DNA of 64,000 nucleotides. Origin: a virus (Duplodnaviria > Heunggongvirae > Uroviricota > Caudoviricetes). The notes under the pieces were generated by a model. That model was given only the letters and a program-made list of their open reading frames with translations, ran no database searches and had not been told where the DNA came from. A program made the position numbers and the translations under genes. The DNA lies in the IMG/VR virus record IMGVR_UViG_3300009132_000002; one strand, written 5' to 3'. Below, piece after piece: positions 46,959-54,579 of the stretch (position 1 is its first letter; each line of letters begins with the position of its first letter).

Positions 46959-46993
46959 TTTCTTATTCCATTTATGTGTTACGAATTACTTTT

Positions 46994-47067
46994 TGGATGC
47001 CCGCTGAGGGGTCGAACCTCAATTTCTTGATCCAAAATCAAGCGTCCTGCCATTAGACGACCGGGCA
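46994..47067 (-). tRNA. tRNA-Gln (anticodon TTG)
   Basis: D arm GTCT-AATGGCA-GGAC, anticodon arm CTTGA-TTTTGGA-TCAAG, T arm TGAGG-TTCGACC-CCTCA, CCA. Confidence 0.75.
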
Positions 47068-47070
47068 TTA

Positions 47071-47163
47071 TGGCGGAAGCGCTGAGAGTTGAACTCAATG
47101 GAAGGATCACTCCCACACTTGGTTTAGCAAACCAGTCCTAAGACCACTTAGATTGTCACTTCC
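47071..47163 (-). tRNA. tRNA-Ser (anticodon GCT), type II
   Basis: Acceptor GGAAGTG/CGCTTCC, loop TTGCTAA, long variable arm, T-loop AGTTCAACT, CCA. Confidence 0.6.
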
Positions 47164-47168
47164 ATTTT

Positions 47169-47245
47169 TGGTCAGGGTAAGAGGATTCGAACCCCTGGCT
47201 TCCGCAGCCCAAGTGCGGCGCTCTACCAGACTGAGCTATACCCTG
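47169..47245 (-). tRNA. tRNA-Pro (anticodon TGG)
   Basis: D arm GCTC-AGTCTGGTA-GAGC, anticodon arm CCGCA-CTTGGGC-TGCGG, T-loop GGTTCGAAT, CCA. Confidence 0.75.
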
Positions 47246-47484
47246 AAAATTCTTACGCCGTTTGGATTCGATACCAAATCTCCCCACCCGTGGGGGCGCT
47301 TTATCATAAGCTAACGGCAGCCACTATATCTTTCTTGAATGAGCTCTTTAGACTTTACTCAATATAATGGATTAACTAAAACTAACTTTTATTTTTTGTG
47401 CAGGTCTCTCCCTGCTTGTCACCGTTACCCTTACGGTCTGGGTAGGGTGCGACCCTACGATCCTAACATTCTATTCTATGGTTT

Positions 47485-47560
47485 TGGTCCCATCTTCTGG
47501 ATTTGAACCAGAGCCTTCTGATCCACAATCAGACGTGCTTACCACTAACACTAAGATGGA
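47485..47560 (-). tRNA. tRNA-His (anticodon GTG)
   Basis: Anticodon arm TCTGA-TTGTGGA-TCAGA, T arm TCTGG-TTCAAAT-CCAGA, CCA. Confidence 0.75.
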
Positions 47561-47565
47561 ATAAT

Positions 47566-47640
47566 TGGAGCGGGCAATGAGATTCGAACTCACGACATCG
47601 GACGTGGAAGGACCGCGCTCTACCACTGAGCTACACCCGC
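47566..47640 (-). tRNA. tRNA-Gly (anticodon TCC)
   Basis: Acceptor GCGGGTG/TGCCCGC, D arm GCTC-AGTGGTA-GAGC, loop CTTCCAC, T-loop AGTTCGAAT, CCA. Confidence 0.55.
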
Positions 47641-48084
47641 AATTAATTGGCGACCCGTTAGCTGCACACCGTTGGAATGATGTTCGCAACCCCTATCGTA
47701 ATAGGATTTAATTCTCGCAGTAAAATGCCACGGGTCAACAGCATTGTTTACTGGGTTTTAATGCAGGTCTGAGATTACAACCTGTACAGAAAGTCTTTGG
47801 TCATTACCCTATCCCTTGCGAGGAAGGTTCTACCGTTATCCACTGAGCGCCTTACGGCTATCTCAGTAACTTTCAACGCTGCCTTTTTTAAGGAGTGGCT
47901 TTTCTCCTATCATATGCTGCTATTCATCTATCTATATCCCGTCTGCTTTGCACAGCAGTTCACAATCGCTAAATCGTTACGTTTTCAATTTAAATAACTA
48001 CATTCACCTTGCGGGTTTCAGTAGACCACATTCTTCTAGTGAAGTGTGGTATTAAGCGCCTTTCACAGCATACTGGAACAGTCT

Positions 48085-48159
48085 TTCGCTTTTTTGGTTC
48101 ACAGAGTAGGATTTGAACCTACAACCTATTGTTTTCAAGACAATCGCTCTACCGTTGAG
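48085..48159 (-). tRNA. tRNA-like gene, anticodon TGA on a type-I (short variable arm) body, weak acceptor stem; possible pseudogene or unusual decoder
   Basis: D arm GCTC-AACGGTA-GAGC, anticodon arm ATTGT-CTTGAAA-ACAAT, T arm GTAGG-TTCAAAT-CCTAC, CCA; acceptor TCACTAA vs TCTGTGA has two mismatches. Confidence 0.35.
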
Positions 48160-48630
48160 CTATTAGTGAGAAACCTATTAAGATGCGCTGCTCCAGTTGC
48201 TCCATATTTTGTTAAATACAGAATACAACACACCTTCTGTCTTTTGCCTTGCGGGCTACTTGACGTTACTTCGAGACTATTTCTCTAGTAATGCTATAAC
48301 GCCTTTCTACGCAAATAGTCAGACTATATAACTACCTGTTAGTATTCGACATTCAACGAATTGGTATGTCATAGCAAAACCACCACAGTTTTTTTAATCC
48401 TCAGCGATCGCCTCCGGACCTATCCTTTCGGACTATAACTTCGTTTTACTGCCTACCACCTATTACTAATAGATGGGCTTTCTTTCGGATTGGCATAAAT
48501 GCGTCCGAGTAAAGCTAACCCAGGCTTGTTTAGATGGACTCATATTGAGCGGTGACACTTAGGTATATCACCTTTGGGTGTATTGCTACACTTACCCTTT
48601 TTGTATGGATGCTAAACCACCCAGTAATTT

Positions 48631-48705
48631 TGGTATTCCGTAGGGGAATCGAACCCCTCTTTCCAGGTTGAAAACCTAGCGTCCTAACCGATAGACGAAC
48701 GGAAC
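48631..48705 (-). tRNA. tRNA-Glu (anticodon TTC)
   Basis: Acceptor GTTCCGT/ACGGAAT, loop TTTTCAA, T arm AGGGG-TTCGATT-CCCCT, CCA. Confidence 0.65.
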
Positions 48706-48750
48706 ATTATTTATATTATAGAGATATATTAAACTATTTTTACTAGATTG
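48700..48750 (-). promoter_or_regulatory. early promoter cassette for tRNA transcription; about 55-nt near-identical copy of the 50255 cassette
   Basis: Plus aaactatttttactagattgtaaacccctaaaatgtactttttt. Confidence 0.5.
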
Positions 48751-48783
48751 TAAACCCCTAAAATGTACTTTTTTATTTTTTAT

Positions 48784-48858
48784 TGGAGCGGGTAGTGGGA
48801 CTCGAACCCACGACCTTTTCATTGGCAACGAAATGCTCTACCTCTGAGCTACACCCGC
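48784..48858 (-). tRNA. tRNA-Gly (anticodon GCC)
   Basis: Acceptor GCGGGTG/TACCCGC, D arm GCTC-AGAGGTA-GAGC, anticodon arm TTTCG-TTGCCAA-TGAAA, T-loop GGTTCGAGT, CCA. Confidence 0.75.
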
Positions 48859-48989
48859 AATTTCCTTAATATACATGTTGCTAACAAACCTTGTGACCCG
48901 ATATGTTATTTCAGTCACCGCTTCTAGGTAATATCTAATACTGAAATCAAGTACTTAAAAATCAATATCACGATATACAACATGTATTT

Positions 48990-49064
48990 TGGCGACCATG
49001 ACGGGAATCGAACCCGCTGCGACAGCATAGACAGTGCTGCTTCCCACCATAGGAACCCATGGCC
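48990..49064 (-). tRNA. tRNA-Asp (anticodon GTC)
   Basis: Acceptor GGCCATG/CATGGTC, anticodon arm CAGCA-CTGTCTA-TGCTG, T-loop GGTTCGATT, discriminator G, CCA. Confidence 0.75.
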
Positions 49065-49509
49065 AATTAAATTCAGCTTTAACAAAGATACACTATCTAC
49101 TTCAAAACCAATCTTCAGTTATACAGAACCAACTGTACAGGGCAACTAAACCCTTAGTGTATCTATGATAGAGCATCTAAACTACCCGAACGGCGTATAG
49201 CCTATCCCCGTGCCAGTGGCAAAAATGATAGTGTAGATCCTTATTCGGTCCCATCAAATACGCTCCTACACTTCACGCCCTTTAGATCAGGCACTTTCTT
49301 GGAACGTATATGGTGGAACCGCTAGGTACTGCCTCAACAAAGATACACCACAAATGGTCTAGCCGTTCCACCCGAGGCCTCTAGTGTAGCGGGGTGGTGC
49401 ATCTTTATTGAGGCAGCTAAGTACTGCCTTAAAAAGATAACACTAAGAGCCCATATCTCCGATGAAGGAACGCTCCAAAGGGTGGGAATCGAACCCACTA
49501 GTGTTATTA

Positions 49510-49585
49510 TGGTGGAGAATAGCGGGCTCGAACCGCTGACCCTCTGCTTGCAAAGCAGATGCTCTCCCAACTGAGCTAATTCCCC
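49510..49585 (-). tRNA. tRNA-Ala (anticodon TGC)
   Basis: Acceptor GGGGAAT/ATTCTCC with G3-T70 pair, D arm GCTC-AGTTGGGA-GAGC, anticodon arm TCTGC-TTTGCAA-GCAGA, T-loop GGTTCGAGC, CCA. Confidence 0.75.
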
Positions 49586-49681
49586 ATTACTAAAAACACT
49601 TGCTGGACACCATGTTATCGTTCCAGGTTTACCTTGCGGCTCAGGTGATCCAATCCTTACGGTCTCGGACAAGTGTTATTT

Positions 49682-49757
49682 TGGAGCCCTTGACAGGAAT
49701 CGAACCTGTTATCTTCTGGTTACAAATCAGTTGCTTCGCCAGCAAAGCTTCAAGGGC
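49682..49757 (-). tRNA. tRNA-Thr (anticodon TGT), tentative; anticodon stem weak
   Basis: Acceptor GCCCTTG/CAAGGGC, D arm GCTT-TGCTGGCG-AAGC, loop TTTGTAA, T arm ACAGG-TTCGATT-CCTGT, CCA. Confidence 0.45.
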
Positions 49758-49769
49758 AATTGTAATTCT

Positions 49770-49843
49770 TGGTTGCGCCGGATGGATTTGACACCACCAG
49801 TTCAAGATTATGAGTCTTGCGTGTTACTTGACACTACTGCGCA
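49770..49843 (-). tRNA. tRNA with anticodon CAT (Met, fMet or Ile2), atypical T-loop
   Basis: Anticodon arm CAAGA-CTCATAA-TCTTG, D arm GTGT-CAAGTA-ACAC, T region GGTGG-TGTCAAAT-CCATC, CCA. Confidence 0.55.
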
Positions 49844-49850
49844 TCAATAT

Positions 49851-49932
49851 TGGTGCTAGCGGAAGGAATCGAACCTACTCCCCTTACGGAACCCGTTATG
49901 AGCGGGTGGCCTACCCAATTGGCATCACTAGC
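49851..49932 (-). tRNA. tRNA with anticodon CAT on a type-II-like body (3-bp D stem, 12-nt variable arm); unusual
   Basis: Acceptor GCTAGTG/CGCTAGC, D arm GCC-AATTGGGTA-GGC, anticodon arm ACCCG-CTCATAA-CGGGT, variable TCCGTAAGGGGA, T arm GTAGG-TTCGATT-CCTTC, CCA. Confidence 0.5.
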
Positions 49933-49942
49933 ATATTCTATT

Positions 49943-50027
49943 TGGTGCCTCCACCCAGACTCGAACTGGGACGCCCGAAGGCGGCAAATTTTAAGTCTGC
50001 TGCGTCTACCTATTTCACCATGGAGGC
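49943..50027 (-). tRNA. tRNA-Leu (anticodon TAA), type II
   Basis: Acceptor GCCTCCA/TGGAGGC perfect, anticodon arm GCAGA-CTTAAAA-TTTGC, variable arm hairpin CGCCTTCGGGCG, T arm CCCAG-TTCGAGT-CTGGG, CCA. Confidence 0.7.
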
Positions 50028-50035
50028 ATTATTTT

Positions 50036-50109
50036 TGGCATCGGTAAAAAGAATCGAACTCTTATCTGCGGGGTTGGAAGCCGCCGTGTTACCATTACAC
50101 TACACCGAC
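50036..50109 (-). tRNA. tRNA-Trp (anticodon CCA)
   Basis: D arm GTGT-AATGGTA-ACAC, anticodon arm GCGGC-TTCCAAC-CCCGC, T-loop AGTTCGATT, CCA. Confidence 0.65.
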
Positions 50110-50254
50110 TCTCTGTTTTCAATTACATACTTAGCAAATATGCACGTGAAAACAGAGATATTTTTCTGTTTCCAATCTATTATCGAGTTTCCTCTAAGAT
50201 CAAGCCCAAATTTTCAAATAACGTTGTAACAATTTTCTTTTTTGTTACTATAAA

Positions 50255-50300
50255 GATATACTAAACTATTTTTACTAGATTGTAAACCCCTAAAATGTAC
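50255..50300 (-). promoter_or_regulatory. early promoter cassette at the upstream end of the tRNA island
   Basis: Plus aaactatttttactagattgtaaacccctaaaatgtactttttt. Confidence 0.5.
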
Positions 50301-50325
50301 TTTTTTCACTTTTTTTTATTTTTTG

Positions 50326-50360
50326 CAAAAAAAAATCTCCTCAACTTACGTTGGGAGATT
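50326..50360 (-). terminator. minus-strand intrinsic terminator (AATCTCC / GGAGATT stem, then T9 on the minus strand)
   Basis: Plus caaaaaaaaatctcctcaacttacgttgggagatt. Confidence 0.55.
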
Positions 50361-50600
50361 CGAATGTTTAAAAGTTAATACTTTACTTTATTCGTGTATC
50401 CCCCATTCGGCAATCCCGCGATCTGTCTCAATCATAAACGCATAGCCGCAATTGGTCGCCGGTTTTACCGTCGATAATGGTTGCCATGAATTGAGTCTAT
50501 GTATTGAAAACATTTTTTCTTGTATCTCCTTTGATACTATTATATATACATTTTTTTAGTTATTTTGTACATAATATTATATTTTTTTTTTATTAAATTG

Positions 50601-50858
50601 CTAATAAACTGCTGCCCAAATATCAGCACTAAAGATGCGTAGCCTAGGATACATAGATATAATAATATCACGCGCAGTAATATCATACTTACATTTAAGA
50701 CAACTAATAGGACACTTAAGTATTATATCCTCAAAGACTTCATCTGGACAATTATCAACAGTATAAGGAATTAATAAACACTCTCCTGCTTTAGATTGTT
50801 CAATATTCGCTTCTTCACATTTTGGACATACAATTGTCACTTCATCAAACATACCCAT
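50601..50858 (-). CDS. zinc-ribbon protein (CxxC...CxxC...CxxC), 85 aa
   Basis: IVCPKCEE, CP...CLKCKYDI. Confidence 0.45.
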   Translation of the reverse strand: MGMFDEVTIVCPKCEEANIEQSKAGECLLIPYTVDNCPDEVFEDIILKCPISCLKCKYDITARDIIISMYPRLRIFSADIWAAVY

Positions 50859-51065
50859 TTTAAAATTGCTCCATTAAAGCTTTATTTTTTTCTTGTTAAA
50901 AGATCAAGAACGATAGTCAACTCATATATAGCTTTATCTAAAACTAAGTGAGCAGTTCTATTGTTGTTCTTTTTCTTTTCATCTCGTAGCATCTCTAGTC
51001 TTACTTTTATATATGCCTCTGTTTTATCACGCATATTTTGTATCTTTCTTAATTAACAAAACTTA

Positions 51066-51138
51066 GGCTCCGGCGGTAGGACTCGAACCTACTAGCAGTC
51101 GACTGCAGTCAATTGCTCTAGCCCAGTGCTACGCTGGA
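51066..51138 (-). tRNA. tRNA-like sequence with intact T arm and acceptor but disrupted anticodon arm (probable pseudogene); no CCA
   Basis: T arm GTAGG-TTCGAGT-CCTAC, acceptor TCCAGCG/CGCCGGA with one mismatch; internal direct repeat GACTGCAGTC-GACTGC where the anticodon arm should be. Confidence 0.35.
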
Positions 51139-51343
51139 ATAATTTAGGGTGGAGCCACCACAGTTGGACTCCAGTGTTAGGATTTCGACAAATAGGGTCT
51201 GTTTGCAACCATCCACCTAAAGTGTACCTAACTCTATGCAATTAGATAAATTTTGAAATACACGCGCCTTGATAACCTCTCGGCTCTTGTCCTATGCACA
51301 GGAAAGCAGGTGCATCTACTCCCGCGTGTACATCAAAATTTAT

Positions 51344-51420
51344 TGGCGGTCCCTGCAGGACTCGAACCTGCAACCTACTGCTTAGAAGGCAGTTGCTCTA
51401 TCCAATTGCGCTAAGGAACC
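51344..51420 (-). tRNA. tRNA-Arg (anticodon TCT), second copy with a different body
   Basis: Acceptor GGTTCCT/AGGGACC perfect, D arm GCGC-AATTGGATA-GAGC, anticodon arm ACTGC-CTTCTAA-GCAGT, T arm GCAGG-TTCGAGT-CCTGC, CCA. Confidence 0.7.
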
Positions 51421-51570
51421 TTAATTTATTAACTTAATTGTCCTCATTTACATATGGATTATCTTCTCCATAAATCTTTTTTGCATCTTTCCAGCCTTGG
51501 CGAAGACCTAATACATAACCAATTTCAATGGCCACAATTGCAATACAGATGGTGATTACGATTTCATTAG

Positions 51571-51777
51571 TCATTTTTTTACTCCTAGTTCAAGGATCAT
51601 GGTGTCAATTAACTCACAAATGATTTCAACATCTTTATCATTCATAGGTTCAAGTTCTTTTTTAAGAATACCTTCAATTATTTTTTCTTCGATATTCTCA
51701 CGGTTACACTTACCATTTTTAAATGGTCGGTGATAATTAAAATACAAAATATCAAGCGCTACTTGCGCATGGTACAT
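51571..51777 (-). CDS. hypothetical protein (about 69 aa; start trimmed to MYHAQVAL to remove a 116-nt overlap)
   Basis: ORF track with start adjusted. Confidence 0.35.
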   Translation of the reverse strand: MYHAQVALDILYFNYHRPFKNGKCNRENIEEKIIEGILKKELEPMNDKDVEIICELIDTMILELGVKK

Positions 51778-51778
51778 T

Positions 51779-52108
51779 TCATTCTGTATCATTGTTATCC
51801 CAACTAATAATCTGATATGATTTTTCAGTAGATACAAGATGGCCACTATAATCACCGGCTGTCCTAGGATCCCTTTCATGGATTTTATATCCAAGGTCTA
51901 TATATTTACTGACTTCATCATTATTCAACCGAAAAGGAATTTGAGCGTGGTATTTTCCTTGCTGTGAAGATTGCGCAATTTCCTTTTGAATTATTTGAAT
52001 TCGGAAAATCGCTGTATCGACAGCAACTTGTCTAGCACATATAAATTCAACAAGCTCACCATTATTCAGCCTTTCAAAAAAGGTCATACTATCAAATGTT
52101 TTTGACAT
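51779..52108 (-). CDS. hypothetical protein (about 109 aa; start at Met14 giving a TAATG junction with the upstream gene)
   Basis: ORF track with start adjusted. Confidence 0.4.
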   Translation of the reverse strand: MSKTFDSMTFFERLNNGELVEFICARQVAVDTAIFRIQIIQKEIAQSSQQGKYHAQIPFRLNNDEVSKYIDLGYKIHERDPRTAGDYSGHLVSTEKSYQIISWDNNDTE

Positions 52109-52317
52109 TAGTAAATCTCCATTCCAGTGGAATACTCTTGAAGCCATCCACGGTCAATAGCATGAAGAACAACAATGTTCTTATATGGTTCGGTTGTCCA
52201 CAGACCCTTTTTAAGAGACCATGCTTTCATATCAGACTGAACCATATAAGACTGCTCACCTTGAACAGGTTCAGCATTTATTTTACGTTCTTCGGCTTCG
52301 ATAAAGTCATATGTCAT
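52108..52317 (-). CDS. hypothetical protein (69 aa)
   Basis: ORF track. Confidence 0.35.
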   Translation of the reverse strand: MTYDFIEAEERKINAEPVQGEQSYMVQSDMKAWSLKKGLWTTEPYKNIVVLHAIDRGWLQEYSTGMEIY

Positions 52318-52337
52318 TATAAGTTCTTTCTTTTAAG

Positions 52338-52583
52338 TTAAGAATAGCATACTGTTGCATTGTAAAGAGTGACTGCATCATACCAAAGATTATTAGCACA
52401 ATCGTCTGTTTCAAAACCATATTCAGATGCAAAATCCATTGAAGAGGAAGTATAGACATCTCCATCAAACCCATAATCCTGAAGGATACGCAAAGCTCCT
52501 TTCGCAGTACTTACTTCTGCTACACAGCGATTTTCATTCCACAGTTCCAATTCACCGTTACGAGCTGAGATATAATTAATCAT
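52338..52583 (-). CDS. hypothetical protein (81 aa)
   Basis: ORF track; early promoter cassette upstream at about 52600-52650. Confidence 0.4.
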   Translation of the reverse strand: MINYISARNGELELWNENRCVAEVSTAKGALRILQDYGFDGDVYTSSSMDFASEYGFETDDCANNLWYDAVTLYNATVCYS

Positions 52584-52624
52584 TTTTAGTTCCTTCCGAT
52601 TCTCTTTATACTACTAATATAGTA

Positions 52625-52660
52625 TATCCACAACCATTTGTAAACCCCTAAAATGCATTT
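52625..52660 (-). promoter_or_regulatory. early promoter cassette
   Basis: Plus tttgtaaacccctaaaatgca. Confidence 0.4.
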
Positions 52661-52757
52661 TTTTTATTTTTTTTTATTCCAATATAACCATTTACTTAAG
52701 TCACGTCCGCTTACGTCATCACAAGGATCGTCACTGTCTGCCATTGCAGTATTCCTA

Positions 52758-53171
52758 TTATGCTGAGAAAAATTCTTTTGTCATGAGTCTTTGAAGCCTA
52801 AAAGCTTCTACTTCCCAAGGAAGCTCCTTGTAGGGAGTTTTTGTTGTGTCATACGTTTTACCCTTCCATGTTCGACCATCTTCATCTAAACGGCCGTCTA
52901 TGATTTGTTTTACGTGAACTAACTCATGAAATATGGTTTCTACCATATCAGAAGTATTTATATTAGAACTAATTTCAACTACATAATCTTCGTCTTCCAA
53001 ACCGTTACAATAACCCCAGACCTGTTTTCCAAGATCCGAAAGAAAAACTAACTTTATAATAAAGTCGTCATCCAATCCAAGATAATATTGTCCGAAACCA
53101 AGAATCTCATCAAGAAATTCCATTGAAATAGTTGATGGCTTATTGTCAATATAGTAATACATTTCTAACAC
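52758..53171 (-). CDS. hypothetical protein with HExxH motif (FHELVHVKQI), 137 aa
   Basis: ORF track; early promoter cassette upstream at about 53180-53215. Confidence 0.4.
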   Translation of the reverse strand: MLEMYYYIDNKPSTISMEFLDEILGFGQYYLGLDDDFIIKLVFLSDLGKQVWGYCNGLEDEDYVVEISSNINTSDMVETIFHELVHVKQIIDGRLDEDGRTWKGKTYDTTKTPYKELPWEVEAFRLQRLMTKEFFSA

Positions 53172-53189
53172 CTCTGTAGCTATAATAAA

Positions 53190-53225
53190 CTATTTTTCAG
53201 AGAATGTAAACCCCTTATGCACTAG
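53190..53225 (-). promoter_or_regulatory. early promoter cassette variant
   Basis: Plus gaatgtaaaccccttatgcac. Confidence 0.35.
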
Positions 53226-53889
53226 AAACTTTAGTTTTATCAAAAGGTTCTGGTTTATAATCTTTATTACGAGTACGTTTTGCTCTACGACCTTTATTAT
53301 TATCTCTTACTTCAACATTTTTTGGAAGGGGAATCTGAGATTTACCTACATCGTGGTAAAGTATAAATTGTGTATCCTTAAACTCATTAAAAATTCCATG
53401 CCAAATAGGTCTCCACTTAGATGTTAATCTCTGTGTATTTAAATTATCTCTAGCAGATTCCATAAAGGTATCAGACATACTTGTAGTATCAAATTCAAAG
53501 ATTGAGTCAAATCCATACATGTGAATTTCTTTACGTTTCAGTTTATTTGCGATCCAATGCGTTGCCATATGTCCACAATTAAAATCGGTATAATTCGGCG
53601 CATATTTCGGAAGTGTAAGATAAAATTCTTTAATCTGTTTTGAATATTTTACATAGAAATCATTTTTCATTTCCATCCATTTATGAGGTCTAGCACCGAG
53701 AACCCAATCCCCAGGTACTGTTATATTCTGCTTATGAATAGCATTCATCATTTTAAAATCAACCATAACAGTAGTATAAAGATTCTGCACCTCAAAAGGA
53801 GGAAGATTACAAGCAATCTTTAATCCTTTGGCGTGCTGATAAAAACCAGAACTTTTACCGTTTCCTATTAGATGTGCTACGTCACCCAT
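53215..53889 (-). CDS. putative glycosyltransferase, GT42 (CstII sialyltransferase)-like / DUF115-like
   Basis: N-terminal HLIGNGKSS (compare CstII IIAGNGPS) and CGHMATHWIANKLKRKEIHMYGFDS (compare CAVAIALGYKEIYLSGIDF). Confidence 0.45.
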   Translation of the reverse strand: MGDVAHLIGNGKSSGFYQHAKGLKIACNLPPFEVQNLYTTVMVDFKMMNAIHKQNITVPGDWVLGARPHKWMEMKNDFYVKYSKQIKEFYLTLPKYAPNYTDFNCGHMATHWIANKLKRKEIHMYGFDSIFEFDTTSMSDTFMESARDNLNTQRLTSKWRPIWHGIFNEFKDTQFILYHDVGKSQIPLPKNVEVRDNNKGRRAKRTRNKDYKPEPFDKTKVSSA

Positions 53890-53892
53890 AAA

Positions 53893-54579
53893 TTATCTCC
53901 AATAATCTTTAATCCAATCTTGTGGTTCAAATGTCTGCATAGGTGTAACCACTGTTTCATTCATTGCCTGAATAATACTAGGTCTCCCATGAAAGCATAC
54001 AATAGATGTATCTTTATCTAAACCTTTATTATATATCTGGTACTTATAGGACTTTAATTTGCCGGGATGTATCTTTTGTAACAGCTGTCTCTGATATTTT
54101 GGAACCGATGCATTTAAGTATTCTCCATCACCACGAAAAGATTTTACTGCCCAGTCTTTTCTTAATATAAATTCATTCCATATGCTTGCACCTACCATAG
54201 GAGTCCAAGACATTACTGCCGATTGTAATACATTTTTTAAATGCGGTTGATGTGAATTTACAGAACCAACATCTTCAATCCCAAGAAAATCTCCGTCATA
54301 TTTAAATAACCAATCAAGATCACCAGTAATTACAGTATCTAAGTCAAAGTAGAAACATCTATCACCTAGTTTATGAAATGTATCAAATAGTTGTAGTTTA
54401 TTCCACCAACCAGTAAATCCCGGTTTAAGTATTCTACAATCAAAACCTTTTCTATGTCTATCAGTAAGAACAACAAACTTATGCTCAACTGTAGTATTTC
54501 TCTTGATCATTGATCTAAGATTTTCAAGATATTCTATAGGAAACTTATCACCCCAATATACACATGCCACTGTAATCAT
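53893..54579 (-). CDS. putative GT-A fold glycosyltransferase (DXD: FDLDTVI)
   Basis: Nucleotide-diphospho-sugar transferase-like N-terminus (VACVYWGDKF) and a DxD motif. Confidence 0.45.
   Translation of the reverse strand: MITVACVYWGDKFPIEYLENLRSMIKRNTTVEHKFVVLTDRHRKGFDCRILKPGFTGWWNKLQLFDTFHKLGDRCFYFDLDTVITGDLDWLFKYDGDFLGIEDVGSVNSHQPHLKNVLQSAVMSWTPMVGASIWNEFILRKDWAVKSFRGDGEYLNASVPKYQRQLLQKIHPGKLKSYKYQIYNKGLDKDTSIVCFHGRPSIIQAMNETVVTPMQTFEPQDWIKDYWR

Noticed and set aside
47471-48288. ORFs 47471-47689 (-), 47797-47997 (+) and 48046-48288 (+)
   Set aside because: They overlap tRNA-His, tRNA-Gly and the tRNA-like locus at 48085. They are artefacts of the GC-richer structured RNA region.
49334-50229. 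ORFs 49334-49672 (-), 49600-49791 (+), 49810-50229 (+) and 49850-50047 (+)
   Set aside because: They overlap six tRNA genes and the inverted-repeat spacer, so they are not credible coding sequence.
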